Shown piece by piece: positions 50,101 to 56,753 of a stretch of 64,000 nucleotides of DNA. A program made the translations under genes and the position numbers. Numbering within the stretch: position 1 is the first letter of the stretch; the number at the start of each line of letters is the position of its first letter. Origin of the DNA: Desulfobacterales bacterium (GTDB lineage Bacteria > Desulfobacterota > Desulfobacteria > Desulfobacterales > UBA5852). Under the pieces are notes generated by a model. That model saw only the letters and a program-made list of their open reading frames with translations. It ran no database searches and had not been told where the DNA came from. The DNA lies in contig CAXXVS010000002.1 in assembly GCA_963674755.2 (NCBI GenBank), forward strand, positions 1,088,001-1,152,000. Direction: 5' to 3'.

Positions 50101-51552
50101 GAAACGGGTGAGTTTGAACGCGCCCGAGCGCTGTTCGAAGACGTCGTCACCCGCTACCCTGATTTCCGCCGGGCCCGCTTTCTCTTGATCGACATCCTGA
50201 TCCGCCGGGAGGCCTTTCCGGACGCCCTGGAGCGGATCGAAACCGTTATGGTGGATTTCGGCGTCGATGCGCAGCTGCTGCAGGCGGCCAGGGCCGTCCG
50301 TGCCAAGGTGGGACCCATGACCGTCAAAAAACGCAAACGCCCTTCCCTGTCCCTTTGCATGATCGTGAAAAACGAAGAACGCTATCTGGCCCGCTGCCTG
50401 CAAAGCTTGAAACCCCTCGTCGATGAAATGATCATTGTGGATACCGGCTCCAGCGATGCCACCCGTGACATCGCCGAGGTCTTCGGCGCCAGGGTCTTTG
50501 ATTTCGAATGGGACGACGATTTCGCCGCCGCCCGTAACCACAGCCTGGAAAAGGCCGTCGGGGACTGGATCCTCGTCATGGACGCCGATGAGGTCATCGC
50601 CCCCAGAGACCATGCCAAAATCCGCCGGCTCATCGCACAATCCAAAACCAGGCAACACGCCTATATGATCGTCACACGGAATTATACCAACCGGCACAAT
50701 ATCATCGGCTGGGAAGCCAATGTTGGGGAATATTCCCGGGAAGAATCCGGACTGGGATGGACGCCTAGCCCAAAAGTGCGCCTCTTTCCCAATCTGGCCA
50801 GGATCCGCTTCGAATATCCTGTGCATGAGGTGCTCGGCCCTGCCCTGTCCCGCAACGGGATTTCAGTGAAAGCCTGTTCCTGTCCGGTCCATCACTATGG
50901 GAAATTGGACGAGAGGCTGGATCGCCGGAAAGATGAACACTACTATCAAATCGGCATGCGCAAACTGTCCGATGCGGGCGATGATCCCGTGGCCATTCGC
51001 GAATTGGCGGTCCAGGCCGGCAGGCTGGAAAAGCATGAAGACGCCTTACGGCTTTGGAAGCGTTTTGTGACCCTTCAGCCTGAAGATGCCAAAGGCTATA
51101 TCAACATGGCATCCAGCCATGGTAAACTGGGACAATTTGACAAGGCCCGGGAAGCCGCCCGCATAGCCGTCCGACTCGCTCCCCGATTAAAGGAGGGCTA
51201 TCTCAATTTGGGATTGAGCGAGTTCCACTCAGGCAATCTCGTTAAGGCCGAACATATTTTCAGTGAAATCGTAAAGCAGCACGGCAACTATTATTCAGCC
51301 GTATTCCTGTATGGCGTAACCCAACTGGGCCGGAAAAAGATCAACGAAGGCGTTAAAACGCTACGTTCCTTGGAGGGCACGGCAATCATTTGGGACCATT
51401 TATCCTACGCTATCCAGGAGTTGGTCGAAAGTCTCATGAAATCCGGGCTAACTGGTATAGCGCGTCAATTGATTATCGGAGCAGAAAAACTGGAGCGTAC
51501 CAACGACTACCTTAAAGGCTATCACCGTCAACTTGAAATGGAGGCGGCCTAG
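41107..51552 (+). CDS. Giant 3481-aa multidomain glycosyltransferase/TPR protein (SGNH-like, ACP-like, TPRs, sulfotransferase-like, three GT2 domains)
   Basis: Uninterrupted ORF; GNSH...DGIH; NSADL...ELNTVEKIADFL; many TPRs; YQMGKVGSTS; VSAVVSTY...NTDD; two SLCMIVKNEE...MDADE. Confidence 0.9.
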   Translation: MIIAGNSHVTLFRGRLRNRANDSIVSVRWVGALTADHFLNNHSAARAIQAAFASTDGWKILSIGMHDIFGLCRAYSQNVYRQACNQLLKRYQDLFGTFGQAGRFAWLISPQQLEGTATASLSPGKVFEISEEFNHLTTKWCRQRHIAVINPLKALRRPDGTLNAKFVQQDGIHLNDQALAPYVKELKAQTGLDLAIETLPASACHRVKARNEPESLALLIADELQLGWDHSKWPYGERQDFEDDLIAHVQRGFDQKGQSVTLDRTTCYNADNALNSADLVSLYNHATDCLGVELAFDVNIRELNTVEKIADFLLARKPLSKNDFYETLSRDSGNALRQSETFIADRKLAALDEERYSRLREIIHHLTGGAPCQYGVVYFWIALIEAERGNYGWACQLLALAESPHISFPLCSSRVSFYRQLWHAKSCPPPPDTSAADRKAPLATVYADDLHDLVSHWSRQVESLRSTIGHLYVVAADDGTQRLLEMFPRLQTVDLFVPPAARHRQMAERYRHDPRVRVWPFMLSDRTGHELISYAEQKGNHRVSAGAPNTAWPADILSTETVTWADFLDTHAAEPPDLLICSVPGLSERLCDAIPAAVMENLKAACLATSRLVAHLPAAQTPADSKPAARPFDLFGLVRSSGLQRQAVTALYINPRSASTVYQNQRILDRLMASAAAGAPLLTTQNTVPAEFDECAAGLTEELYGLGRRLQKDQKSEDALFVFNQVMDTDPHHADALYQIGALLNRAGKVSKALPYWEAAFNQRPSDRMMALAYAQALWSSGRQEQAQAVCRRYAARNWRLDDRCDDLLADIAYPHGLPNEDESAALHNVRSLADQGQLGQAYQALSEWVAEHPDRAQGHNDLGVLACRRGDDEKALNHYARAVELEPHNRTYQKNLADFRLARQGDVEAALRTYTALLADDPRDTEVLYALAQICRQVGNADDAQEFLARILDIDPDHGAAREALTAIRDDAPGCHRLEADAASRPPVAPVSAPAPVLIATSIAPHSLEIQQKAVKSWKDLGFDVVSLNSPEEIAGLKDSFPDIAFHAVDRTSQAHFGKPYIYFDDVIAHFKGVDRPVYGIVNSDIHLKADDNILAFLQAEANQSLLFGHRLDVTSLSSSQGDFYRNGYDFFFFDRSLLGLYPDSILSLGVTWWDYWTVLIPALNGFPVKKLVSPLAYHLEHPNRWDRKQWIHVGRLISAYLKAEDIDQGRTWPADSPWLLFREILQNGAAVKCLQKPFQDRTRRRFAYGDNFTLNICILDFIEQICQKVTLPWDDELIHHGDTTKGPNFSPDFFDAHHLPTPKTVPPPLMQDCALRTHQAQRLYREGRGPEAQAILESIIHEIPGHPPACNLLGAMAWEAGSTDTALRHFHNALRYNPYDRPTIINCSAALARVGRPEESRQIYAAYLRFNPGDIEIGRWCRRLEAGQNLQPPDQFTLHQPGDLSLLPILIYQMGKVGSTSLVDSIAKLGLPVKHVHTLSWPGILHAEKAFRDETKRELPSWLTHYRGIRTHIDRLGQSAHWKIITLVRDPLKRYISDLFQNLDRYFPHLNDLPNEDPAPIREHILRYLEEFDEAQDHACSWFDKELLGVFGVDLLASPFNTAKGYQRYQTKHADILLIRLEDLESCAAEAMADFLAIDTFQLAHSNVSATKPYAALYRRLNDELRFDRSLLDRFYSSRLAQHFYTASEIEAFKAQWCSQPSMQDAVVSQTPPRVSAVVSTYASARFIEGRLQNLVDQTLFQKGGLEIIVIDSSSPEDEGAIVERFAARHPNIFYLRTDERETVYTAWNRGIEMARGTYFVNANTDDRFSTNALERMADALDSHCEYDAVYGNWVVTRIPNDSFDSDAPKRLFIYPEFDPGLFFYLQITSHANFVRRSVFDSIGGFDGSYTVFGDREFMLRFSASGHKAMKLETIVGLYLENPTSVERANKEIGLQECRALYDHYLEADRFATLMGFGKGTSPAILSKEYTRIGCLGMGLYDIDGKSLHALGSPARLFAKAIELNPENVIALNNLGVVAQCQGAPEEACQFLKQARSLAGPEQRAVIDSNQDLAAKKISDPNRLQFLFPRAFTPIRVSETSYPVDRRLSPRPAVPSSVSGASRKRTPQSRKQIRKQNRSQKPELAPDLARRPDDEIVVPQPATESAPWQACLRGDYAAAASLLRRNIASHIEDWEAYALLVDVLLQSGQEAAIVEQLHPLESRPDLPAGMRALIGSGYEAAGDLKMAADFAEQALAADPDCARAWNLKGVLAFRSGDKQAAEAHFKTAAGKDAAWGEPWTNMGTVYWEQRDRENALACFEKGFRLSPAAPNVATTYHVAVSETGEFERARALFEDVVTRYPDFRRARFLLIDILIRREAFPDALERIETVMVDFGVDAQLLQAARAVRAKVGPMTVKKRKRPSLSLCMIVKNEERYLARCLQSLKPLVDEMIIVDTGSSDATRDIAEVFGARVFDFEWDDDFAAARNHSLEKAVGDWILVMDADEVIAPRDHAKIRRLIAQSKTRQHAYMLTTRNYTDRRDSVDYRENAGEYDEEMSTGWVPSRKVRLFPNRQHIHFVFPVHEQVDPVLAERGTALVTCPVPVHHYGKLDHDRTDKRWALYYAIGKQKLDSLGENESALKELAIQAALLSKWEEAATYWKRYLDLKPESVEACLNLTRVMAAKGNHAEALQYARLAFQLDADRLETHYNLTLSHLQAGEAAQAIQTSRQMTAAFPGDPDGRLLQAAATLCAGQLSQGRQLALDLAHEIPAKTLKSRILTLMAAIASAGLMDWITRLVDALSQIDGLHDIGAQLNAMGPQSVAPSPKSPPLDNQQTGVLLDEAWHSYVHGDFQAAVDNLVSIIVANPDQWEAYALLVDVLLQSGQEAAIVEQLHPLESRPDLPAGMRALIGSGYEAAGDLKMAADFAEQALAADPDCARAWNLKGVLAFRSGDKQAAEAHFKTAAGKDAAWGEPWTNMGTVYWEQRDRENALACFEKGFRLSPAAPNVATTYHVAVSETGEFERARALFEDVVTRYPDFRRARFLLIDILIRREAFPDALERIETVMVDFGVDAQLLQAARAVRAKVGPMTVKKRKRPSLSLCMIVKNEERYLARCLQSLKPLVDEMIIVDTGSSDATRDIAEVFGARVFDFEWDDDFAAARNHSLEKAVGDWILVMDADEVIAPRDHAKIRRLIAQSKTRQHAYMIVTRNYTNRHNIIGWEANVGEYSREESGLGWTPSPKVRLFPNLARIRFEYPVHEVLGPALSRNGISVKACSCPVHHYGKLDERLDRRKDEHYYQIGMRKLSDAGDDPVAIRELAVQAGRLEKHEDALRLWKRFVTLQPEDAKGYINMASSHGKLGQFDKAREAARIAVRLAPRLKEGYLNLGLSEFHSGNLVKAEHIFSEIVKQHGNYYSAVFLYGVTQLGRKKINEGVKTLRSLEGTAIIWDHLSYAIQELVESLMKSGLTGIARQLIIGAEKLERTNDYLKGYHRQLEMEAA
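47632..48642 (+). repeat. 1011-bp intragenic direct repeat, copy 1
   Basis: Matches 49657-50667 (offset 2025); one mismatch noticed (C48510 vs T50535). Confidence 0.95.
49657..50667 (+). repeat. 1011-bp intragenic direct repeat, copy 2
   Basis: Matches 47632-48642. Confidence 0.95.
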
Positions 51553-51803
51553 CTGTCCGTTCTAAATTTCTTCGACGCTGTGCGGTATGCCCGTCGCGAT
51601 ATCCGCTATGATTTGCAGCTGCCACAGATGGATGAAGCCGCTTCCGTTGTTTCGGGAGTGGCTTTGCCTTTAGATGCCTGCCTTTTGAGTCGGGCCGTCC
51701 CTGACAATGGCCGCCCCATCAGTGGCATTTTTTTGGATAGTGAGCCTTTTCCCTATAATAGCTTAACACGGGGGCCTTCTGTGTTGCCCCCTGGGTATAA
51801 GCA

Positions 51804-51846
51804 AAGGCGCATTCCGTTCGGTTGGCTTCTGTATGGAATGCGCCTT
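51804..51846. terminator. Stem-loop between the convergent giant GT and flaF genes
   Basis: AAGGCGCATTCC...GGAATGCGCCTT 12-bp inverted repeat. Confidence 0.4.
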
Positions 51847-51909
51847 AACGATTGGTTTTATTTATGGTGGGGGTAGCGTTGGGATGATCCGTTAAGCGTC
51901 GGCAACTGA

Positions 51910-52296
51910 TTATACGCCCGGTCCGGGAGACCCTCGCAAACCAGCAGCAATATTCTGGTTGATGTTGATGATGATATTCAGCTTTTCAGGTGATGGATAG
52001 GCCATGACTTCGAAAATGCGCTTGTCGATAAAGGCCGCCAGACGAAGGATGTCGATTTTGAGCTTGCCGGGCAGCGGATTATCCTCGCGTTCCAATTCTC
52101 CCTGAAAAAGGCTCCAGATTTTCTGATTGTAGCGCAAGGCCTGATCAAGTTGCACCTCCAGATCGGAACTTCCCCAGTTCTCTTGGCATTTTTTCAGCTT
52201 GAGGGCCGCTTCGGTCAGGACCCGGGCTTCGGTTTCACGGCCCGAGATCGTCGATTTGTCCACCTGTTTATAAGCATTAACGGCAGGGTTATACAC
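51910..52296 (-). CDS. flaF: Flagellar biosynthesis regulator FlaF
   Basis: AY...SGRETEA..L..AA..L, AL..NQKIWS.F, NPLP..LK, ININQNIAAGL; adjacent to flbT. Confidence 0.88.
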   Translation of the reverse strand: MYNPAVNAYKQVDKSTISGRETEARVLTEAALKLKKCQENWGSSDLEVQLDQALRYNQKIWSLFQGELEREDNPLPGKLKIDILRLAAFIDKRIFEVMAYPSPEKLNIIININQNIAAGLRGSPGPGV

Positions 52297-52675
52297 GGCT
52301 CATGATCTCCTTCTCGTAGTCAATCAGTTTGCGGGCCAGTTTGAGAGCCTGATAATAATGGTTACCGACAATTTTTTCGCTGATCTGATCGATGGTGGTA
52401 ATGGTGGAAGGGGCGGCCTTGGTCATTTCTTTGACATAATTCCAGTAGGTGTTGTGGTGATCGATCAGATTTTCCTGGTCGATGTACATCAACTGGACCG
52501 TAAAATAAATTTTCTGGGCTACCGTTCGGGCATCGGCTTCACTCAGGATGTCTTTTTCCCGCAGGAGCAGCACCTTGTTTTCGATGAACAATTCGGCTTT
52601 GCTGTCACCGTTTTTAACGACGGCTCCGCCGATAATCATCTTCTCTCCGGGCTTCAACGAGATTTTCAGCGCCAT
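52289..52675 (-). CDS. flbT: Flagellin post-transcriptional regulator FlbT
   Basis: MALKISLKPGEKMIIGGAVVKNGD, IYFTVQLMY, YYQALKLARKLIDYE. Confidence 0.92.
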   Translation of the reverse strand: MALKISLKPGEKMIIGGAVVKNGDSKAELFIENKVLLLREKDILSEADARTVAQKIYFTVQLMYIDQENLIDHHNTYWNYVKEMTKAAPSTITTIDQISEKIVGNHYYQALKLARKLIDYEKEIMSRV

Positions 52676-52819
52676 GGTCAGTCTCCTTGCAGATTGTCGA
52701 CGATGTTCGGCCGCCCCTTCGAACCGCTCCTTAAGGGCCGGCCTTTAATGTGTAATCGGAAATCCTGTCCCTGTCAAAAGTCACTTTTCCATGACAACCT
52801 GCACTTCTGCTCTGCGACG

Positions 52820-53497
52820 CTACATCATTTTCTCTATCGATCGAATGACACGCCCGGCATCCTCTGCTAATTTGCTGCGGCGCTGCTGGATCGTCTGCCG
52901 TGCCTGACCGAGGGCTTTCTGCATCGCTGCAACCTGTTCATCACTCGAATGGATCGTAATGTCGGGCAACCCCAATCCATCCCTCCCTGTATGTACCGGC
53001 TGACGGCGTATGCTCTGTCCCGTCTTCTGTCCCCCGATTTCAACTTCCCACTCTTTCGTCTGTTCGGCACCAGAGGGCCCGATGAGGTATTTTGCTCCGG
53101 CGTCCGGCGGAATGGTCAACTGATCGATCTGTTTGCGCAGCAAGGCAAATCGGCTCAGATAGTTGACACGGTCCTCGCTGCCGGGTGGATAGGGTGGATA
53201 TTGCTTCAAGAACATCTCCACCTCGGACTCCATCTGTTCGACATTGACGTCGATCTCGGTCATGGCTTGGTCAGCAATACGGATGCTTCTGACCACAGCA
53301 TTGAACTCGGCGTTGAACTGCTGCAGCGGGTGGGTCGAAAAAGGGCTGATCTCTGCTTTGATGCCGTCTACCGCCTCTCCTTTAGGGGTCTTGATGCTGT
53401 CCTCGCTGCCGTGATTCTCTCGCGAGGCGTCATCTCCCTTGTAGATGCGGTTGATTTGTGTAAAGGCCTGATTCGCAGCAATCTTCGACGTAATCAT
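52820..53497 (-). CDS. Hypothetical protein, flagellin-D1-like without D0 termini
   Basis: GAGG RBS; segments NAVVRSIRIADQAMTEI, SEDRVNY...LRKQIDQL, GLGLPDI...ALGQARQTIQQRRSKL resemble flagellin helices. Confidence 0.65.
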   Translation of the reverse strand: MITSKIAANQAFTQINRIYKGDDASRENHGSEDSIKTPKGEAVDGIKAEISPFSTHPLQQFNAEFNAVVRSIRIADQAMTEIDVNVEQMESEVEMFLKQYPPYPPGSEDRVNYLSRFALLRKQIDQLTIPPDAGAKYLIGPSGAEQTKEWEVEIGGQKTGQSIRRQPVHTGRDGLGLPDITIHSSDEQVAAMQKALGQARQTIQQRRSKLAEDAGRVIRSIEKMM

Positions 53498-53523
53498 GGC
53501 TCGTTATCCTCGGTATAGGGTTA

Positions 53524-53553
53524 GCCCGGGGGAGGCTTTCTACCTTCCCCGGG
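53524..53553 (-). terminator. Stem-loop downstream of flagellin 1
   Basis: GCCCGGGG..AGG / CCTTCCCCGGGC inverted repeat; no U-tract on the minus strand. Confidence 0.4.
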
Positions 53554-53595
53554 CCTTCTTCCTAGCTGACAAATTGGCGGTCAGCTATCGGCCTG

Positions 53596-54411
53596 TTAGA
53601 ACAGTCTCATGACGGACTGTGCCGCTTGGGAGGCCAGGCTCAGCGATGTGGTCCCCAGGCTCTGTCGCGTCTGGAGCATCAGCATGTTGGCGCCTTCCTC
53701 GTTCAAGTCGGCATTGACCAGTGTCGCGGCCCCATCCTCGAGGGTGTTGATCATCTTCGAGGTGAACTCCTGGCGCGTGGTGATCGTGCTCAACTGGTTG
53801 GACAGCGTCTTGGACGATGTCCGCAGGCTATCGCGAGCATCATCCAGAAGCGCAATGTCTCCGGTGATGTTGGCATCCGTTGCCCAACTGCCGCTGGCTG
53901 TGGTGCCGTTCAACGCACCGGTACCGTCCTTGCCGCTTACCGTCAATGTTGACTCGCCGGATTCGTCAAACGAGACGACGATGGACTGGCTGGCATCCAG
54001 CAGATTGGTGCCCTTGTAGCCGGAGTCGCCCCGCAATTCGGAGATCTGGGTCATCATCGTGTCGTACTGACCTGACAGCGTCGCGCGTTCCGTGGTGTCA
54101 TTGGTGGCCAGGGCGGACTGCGCCAGCGACTTGGCCGAAGCGATCATGTCGGTGATGGCCGAAATACCGTTGTCGGCCGCCTTGATGGTCTGGATGGCTT
54201 CGGACATTTCGTCCTTGCGCATGGCCAGGTCGTTGGCCCGCTGGGTGTGGCCCTGGGCCGCAAAGAAATTGATGGGGTCATCCAGCGCGGAATTGACGCG
54301 CTTGCCCGTGCTCAGACGGGTCTGGGTGCTTTCCATCAGGTTTTGGGTCTGCTGCAGGCTGTAAAGATTGGCCCGCATGCCGCTGGTCAGGGTGATGTTG
54401 TTCATAGCCAT
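53596..54411 (-). CDS. fliC: Flagellin 1 (271 aa)
   Basis: RLSTGKRVNSALDD, AADNGI, LVNADLNEE, LQTRQSL...ASQAAQSVMRLF. Confidence 0.95.
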   Translation of the reverse strand: MAMNNITLTSGMRANLYSLQQTQNLMESTQTRLSTGKRVNSALDDPINFFAAQGHTQRANDLAMRKDEMSEAIQTIKAADNGISAITDMIASAKSLAQSALATNDTTERATLSGQYDTMMTQISELRGDSGYKGTNLLDASQSIVVSFDESGESTLTVSGKDGTGALNGTTASGSWATDANITGDIALLDDARDSLRTSSKTLSNQLSTITTRQEFTSKMINTLEDGAATLVNADLNEEGANMLMLQTRQSLGTTSLSLASQAAQSVMRLF

Positions 54412-54501
54412 GGTGTGTTGCTCCTTTCTAGAGGGTTTTCCCGGTCCTTCTGGCCAGGGAAATAGGGTTTATCCTTCTGGTAAACGGCGCCGTTAAGTCT
54501 G

Positions 54502-54528
54502 TTATCGGCCTTACTAAAAGAGACTTTA
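54502..54528 (-). promoter_or_regulatory. sigma28 promoter for flagellin 1
   Basis: Minus strand TAAA-N15-GCCGATAA, perfect consensus. Confidence 0.9.
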
Positions 54529-54635
54529 GCATTATTAAGAAACTTAACGTAAAGCGTTCTATGAGTCTGCATCCGGTTGACAGACAAACGCTTAACCATT
54601 TTATTTTTTTACATTTTATATGCGGTTTTTTTACT

Positions 54636-54665
54636 AAAAAAGGGGCGCCGAAGCGCCCCTTTTTT
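54636..54665. terminator. Rho-independent terminator after flagellin 2
   Basis: AAAAAAGGGGCGC-CGAA-GCGCCCCTTTTTT. Confidence 0.9.
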
Positions 54666-54717
54666 CATGCCTTTTACCACGACCGTCGGCCAATTGGCAT
54701 TGGCGCGCGGTTTTTCG

Positions 54718-55533
54718 TTAGAACAGTCTCATGACGGACTGTGCCGCTTGGGAGGCCAGGCTCAGCGATGTGGTCCCCAGGCTCTGTCGCGTCTGGAGCA
54801 TCAGCATGTTGGCGCCTTCCTCGTTCAAGTCGGCATTGACCAGTGTCGCGGCCCCATCCTCGAGGGTGTTGATCATCTTCGAGGTGAACTCCTGGCGCGT
54901 GGTGATCGTGCTCAACTGGTTGGACAGCGTCTTGGACGATGTCCGCAGGCTATCGCGAGCATCATCCAGAAGCGCAATGTCTCCGGTGATGTTGGCATCC
55001 GTTGCCCAACTGCCGCTGGCTGTGGTGCCGTTCAACGCACCGGTACCGTCCTTGCCGCTTACCGTCAATGTTGACTCGCCGGATTCGTCAAACGAGACGA
55101 CGATGGACTGGCTGGCATCCAGCAGATTGGTGCCCTTGTAGCCGGAGTCGCCCCGCAATTCGGAGATCTGGGTCATCATCGTGTCGTACTGACCTGACAG
55201 CGTCGCGCGTTCCGTGGTGTCATTGGTGGCCAGGGCGGACTGCGCCAGCGACTTGGCCGAAGCGATCATGTCGGTGATGGCCGAAATACCGTTGTCGGCC
55301 GCCTTGATGGTCTGGATGGCTTCGGACATTTCGTCCTTGCGCATGGCCAGGTCGTTGGCCCGCTGGGTGTGGCCCTGGGCCGCAAAGAAATTGATGGGGT
55401 CATCCAGCGCGGAATTGACGCGCTTGCCCGAGCTCAGACGGGTCTGGGTGGTCTCCATCAGGTTTTGGGTCTGCTGCAGGCTGTAAAGGTTGGCCCGCAT
55501 GCCGCTGGTCAGGGTGATGTTGTTCATAGCCAT
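54718..55533 (-). CDS. fliC: Flagellin 2 (271 aa)
   Basis: Near-identical to flagellin 1; start at MAMNN (55533) after AAGGAG. Confidence 0.95.
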   Translation of the reverse strand: MAMNNITLTSGMRANLYSLQQTQNLMETTQTRLSSGKRVNSALDDPINFFAAQGHTQRANDLAMRKDEMSEAIQTIKAADNGISAITDMIASAKSLAQSALATNDTTERATLSGQYDTMMTQISELRGDSGYKGTNLLDASQSIVVSFDESGESTLTVSGKDGTGALNGTTASGSWATDANITGDIALLDDARDSLRTSSKTLSNQLSTITTRQEFTSKMINTLEDGAATLVNADLNEEGANMLMLQTRQSLGTTSLSLASQAAQSVMRLF

Positions 55534-55616
55534 GGTGTGTTGCTCCTTTCTGGATGTTGATCGGGCATTCTGCCCTTTAGAGTGAGGCATTGACGAAATA
55601 TTCGTCGCTGGAATGC

Positions 55617-55643
55617 TTATCGGACGTCCGTGGAAAACCTTTA
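55617..55643 (-). promoter_or_regulatory. sigma28 promoter for flagellin 2
   Basis: Minus strand TAAA-N15-TCCGATAA. Confidence 0.85.
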
Positions 55644-55712
55644 AGTTTTTTTTCACAACATGTGTCCCTATCCGTTTCCGGCACCGCCAGAGCCCCTCCT
55701 CAGAAATTCATG

Positions 55713-55853
55713 GAACCCATCTCAAATAAGTTTTCCCGCCCGTTATCGGCGCTGAAGCCTTGTGGCAGGTCCTCGACATAGTGGCGTATACTTGCGGGTT
55801 GATCCTCGGCTTCGCCCTGATCTCGAACGAAAACGCTAATTTTGAGCTGAGTC
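55713..55853 (-). repeat. Small palindromic repeat element, copy C (related core)
   Basis: Imperfect terminal inverted repeats; 28-nt core CCGCAAGTATACGCCACTATGTCGAGGA on the minus strand resembles the cores of copies A and B. Confidence 0.55.
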
Positions 55854-55919
55854 ATGGTCTTTCCCGATGGATTGTCCTTTCTAATGAGCAATAGCAGGGC
55901 ATTGTATTTCACAAGCCTC

Positions 55920-55946
55920 TAAAGATTTCTTCAAACAATCCGATAT
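55920..55946 (+). promoter_or_regulatory. sigma28 promoter for REC-HDOD-kinase operon
   Basis: TAAA-N15-TCCGATAT. Confidence 0.75.
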
Positions 55947-56038
55947 AAAAAAAAAGAATCCTGCGCGCTGTCCAAAAACGACGGTCCGCAGCCGATATCG
56001 AAATGCAAAACGAGATGCCTTAATAAAGGATAAACACC

Positions 56039-56422
56039 TTGGACAGCCGAACGAAAATTCTGGTGGTGGACGACGAACCGACCATCTGCAGCATGATGAA
56101 GGTGTTTCTGACCCGAATCGGCTATGCGGTCAAAACCGTCAACACGGGCGATGAAGCCATCACGGTCTTTGATGAGGATCCTCCCGATATGGTCTTGTTG
56201 GATATCAGCATGCCCGGGATGCGCGGCATCGATGTTCTGCAGCTCATGAAGACCCGTAAAGCCGATTGCGGGGTCATTATGTTGTCAGCTTATGGCGACG
56301 AGCAAACCATCCAGGAGGCCATCGACATGGGGGCATACTGCTATATCCAAAAACCCATGGAACTGCTGGATTTAAAAAAGCGGCTGGAAGAATTGCATGA
56401 ACACATCTCGGAGGCAGCCTAA
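56039..56422 (+). CDS. Single-domain response regulator
   Basis: LVVDDE, LLDISMPG, LSAY, QKP; TTG start after AAGGA. Confidence 0.9.
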   Translation: MDSRTKILVVDDEPTICSMMKVFLTRIGYAVKTVNTGDEAITVFDEDPPDMVLLDISMPGMRGIDVLQLMKTRKADCGVIMLSAYGDEQTIQEAIDMGAYCYIQKPMELLDLKKRLEELHEHISEAA

Positions 56423-56749
56423 GTGCGGCGTATCCAGCTGAAAGAGGCCCAGGTCGATATGATTCTGGCTGCCGATATCGACAATGCACAGCAGATGTTG
56501 CTATTGAAAAAAGGGACCTGTCTGACAGCGAAAAATCTACGTATGCTCAAATCCTGGGGGATTGATCGTCTTTATGTTGAATTGCCGGCGAATGATGATG
56601 CGGATAACGCTCAGGCGCCTGAAAATCTCATCGACCTGGAACAGCAAATCCTATCCCGATTTACCGGTCCCGTAGAAAACCCGATTGTATCCGAAATCTG
56701 TCACGTGGCGGCCGAAATCATTCATGACCGCAGGCCTCTGAAGGAATAA
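56423..56749 (+). CDS. Hypothetical protein resembling the N-terminal module of HD-GYP/HDOD proteins
   Basis: MILAADI...LLLKKG..LT....L.SWGI pattern; tightly coupled in operon. Confidence 0.6.
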   Translation: MRRIQLKEAQVDMILAADIDNAQQMLLLKKGTCLTAKNLRMLKSWGIDRLYVELPANDDADNAQAPENLIDLEQQILSRFTGPVENPIVSEICHVAAEIIHDRRPLKE

Positions 56750-56753
56750 GGTC

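Noticed and set aside
47596..50826. Long antisense ORFs (47596-48633, 49564-50826) and similar ones elsewhere (24104-25069, 31866-33005, 40087-41130)
   Set aside because: Shadow frames opposite well-supported genes in GC-rich DNA, with no recognisable motifs
51553..51909. c-di-GMP-I riboswitch, sigma54 promoter or 98-aa ORF in the convergent gap
   Set aside because: GGCAAA...GAAA fragments do not form the full consensus, GG-GC spacing is 11 rather than 10, and the ORF has no RBS or motifs
52753..52779. sigma28 promoter for flbT
   Set aside because: TCCGATTA -10 is present but there is no acceptable -35 at 15-nt spacing
55534..55656. 41-aa N-terminal extension of flagellin 2
   Set aside because: It overlaps the sigma28 promoter, and the true start matches flagellin 1
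55743..55750. Additional GCCGATAA -10 upstream of flagellin 2
   Set aside because: Lies inside repeat copy C and lacks a matching -35
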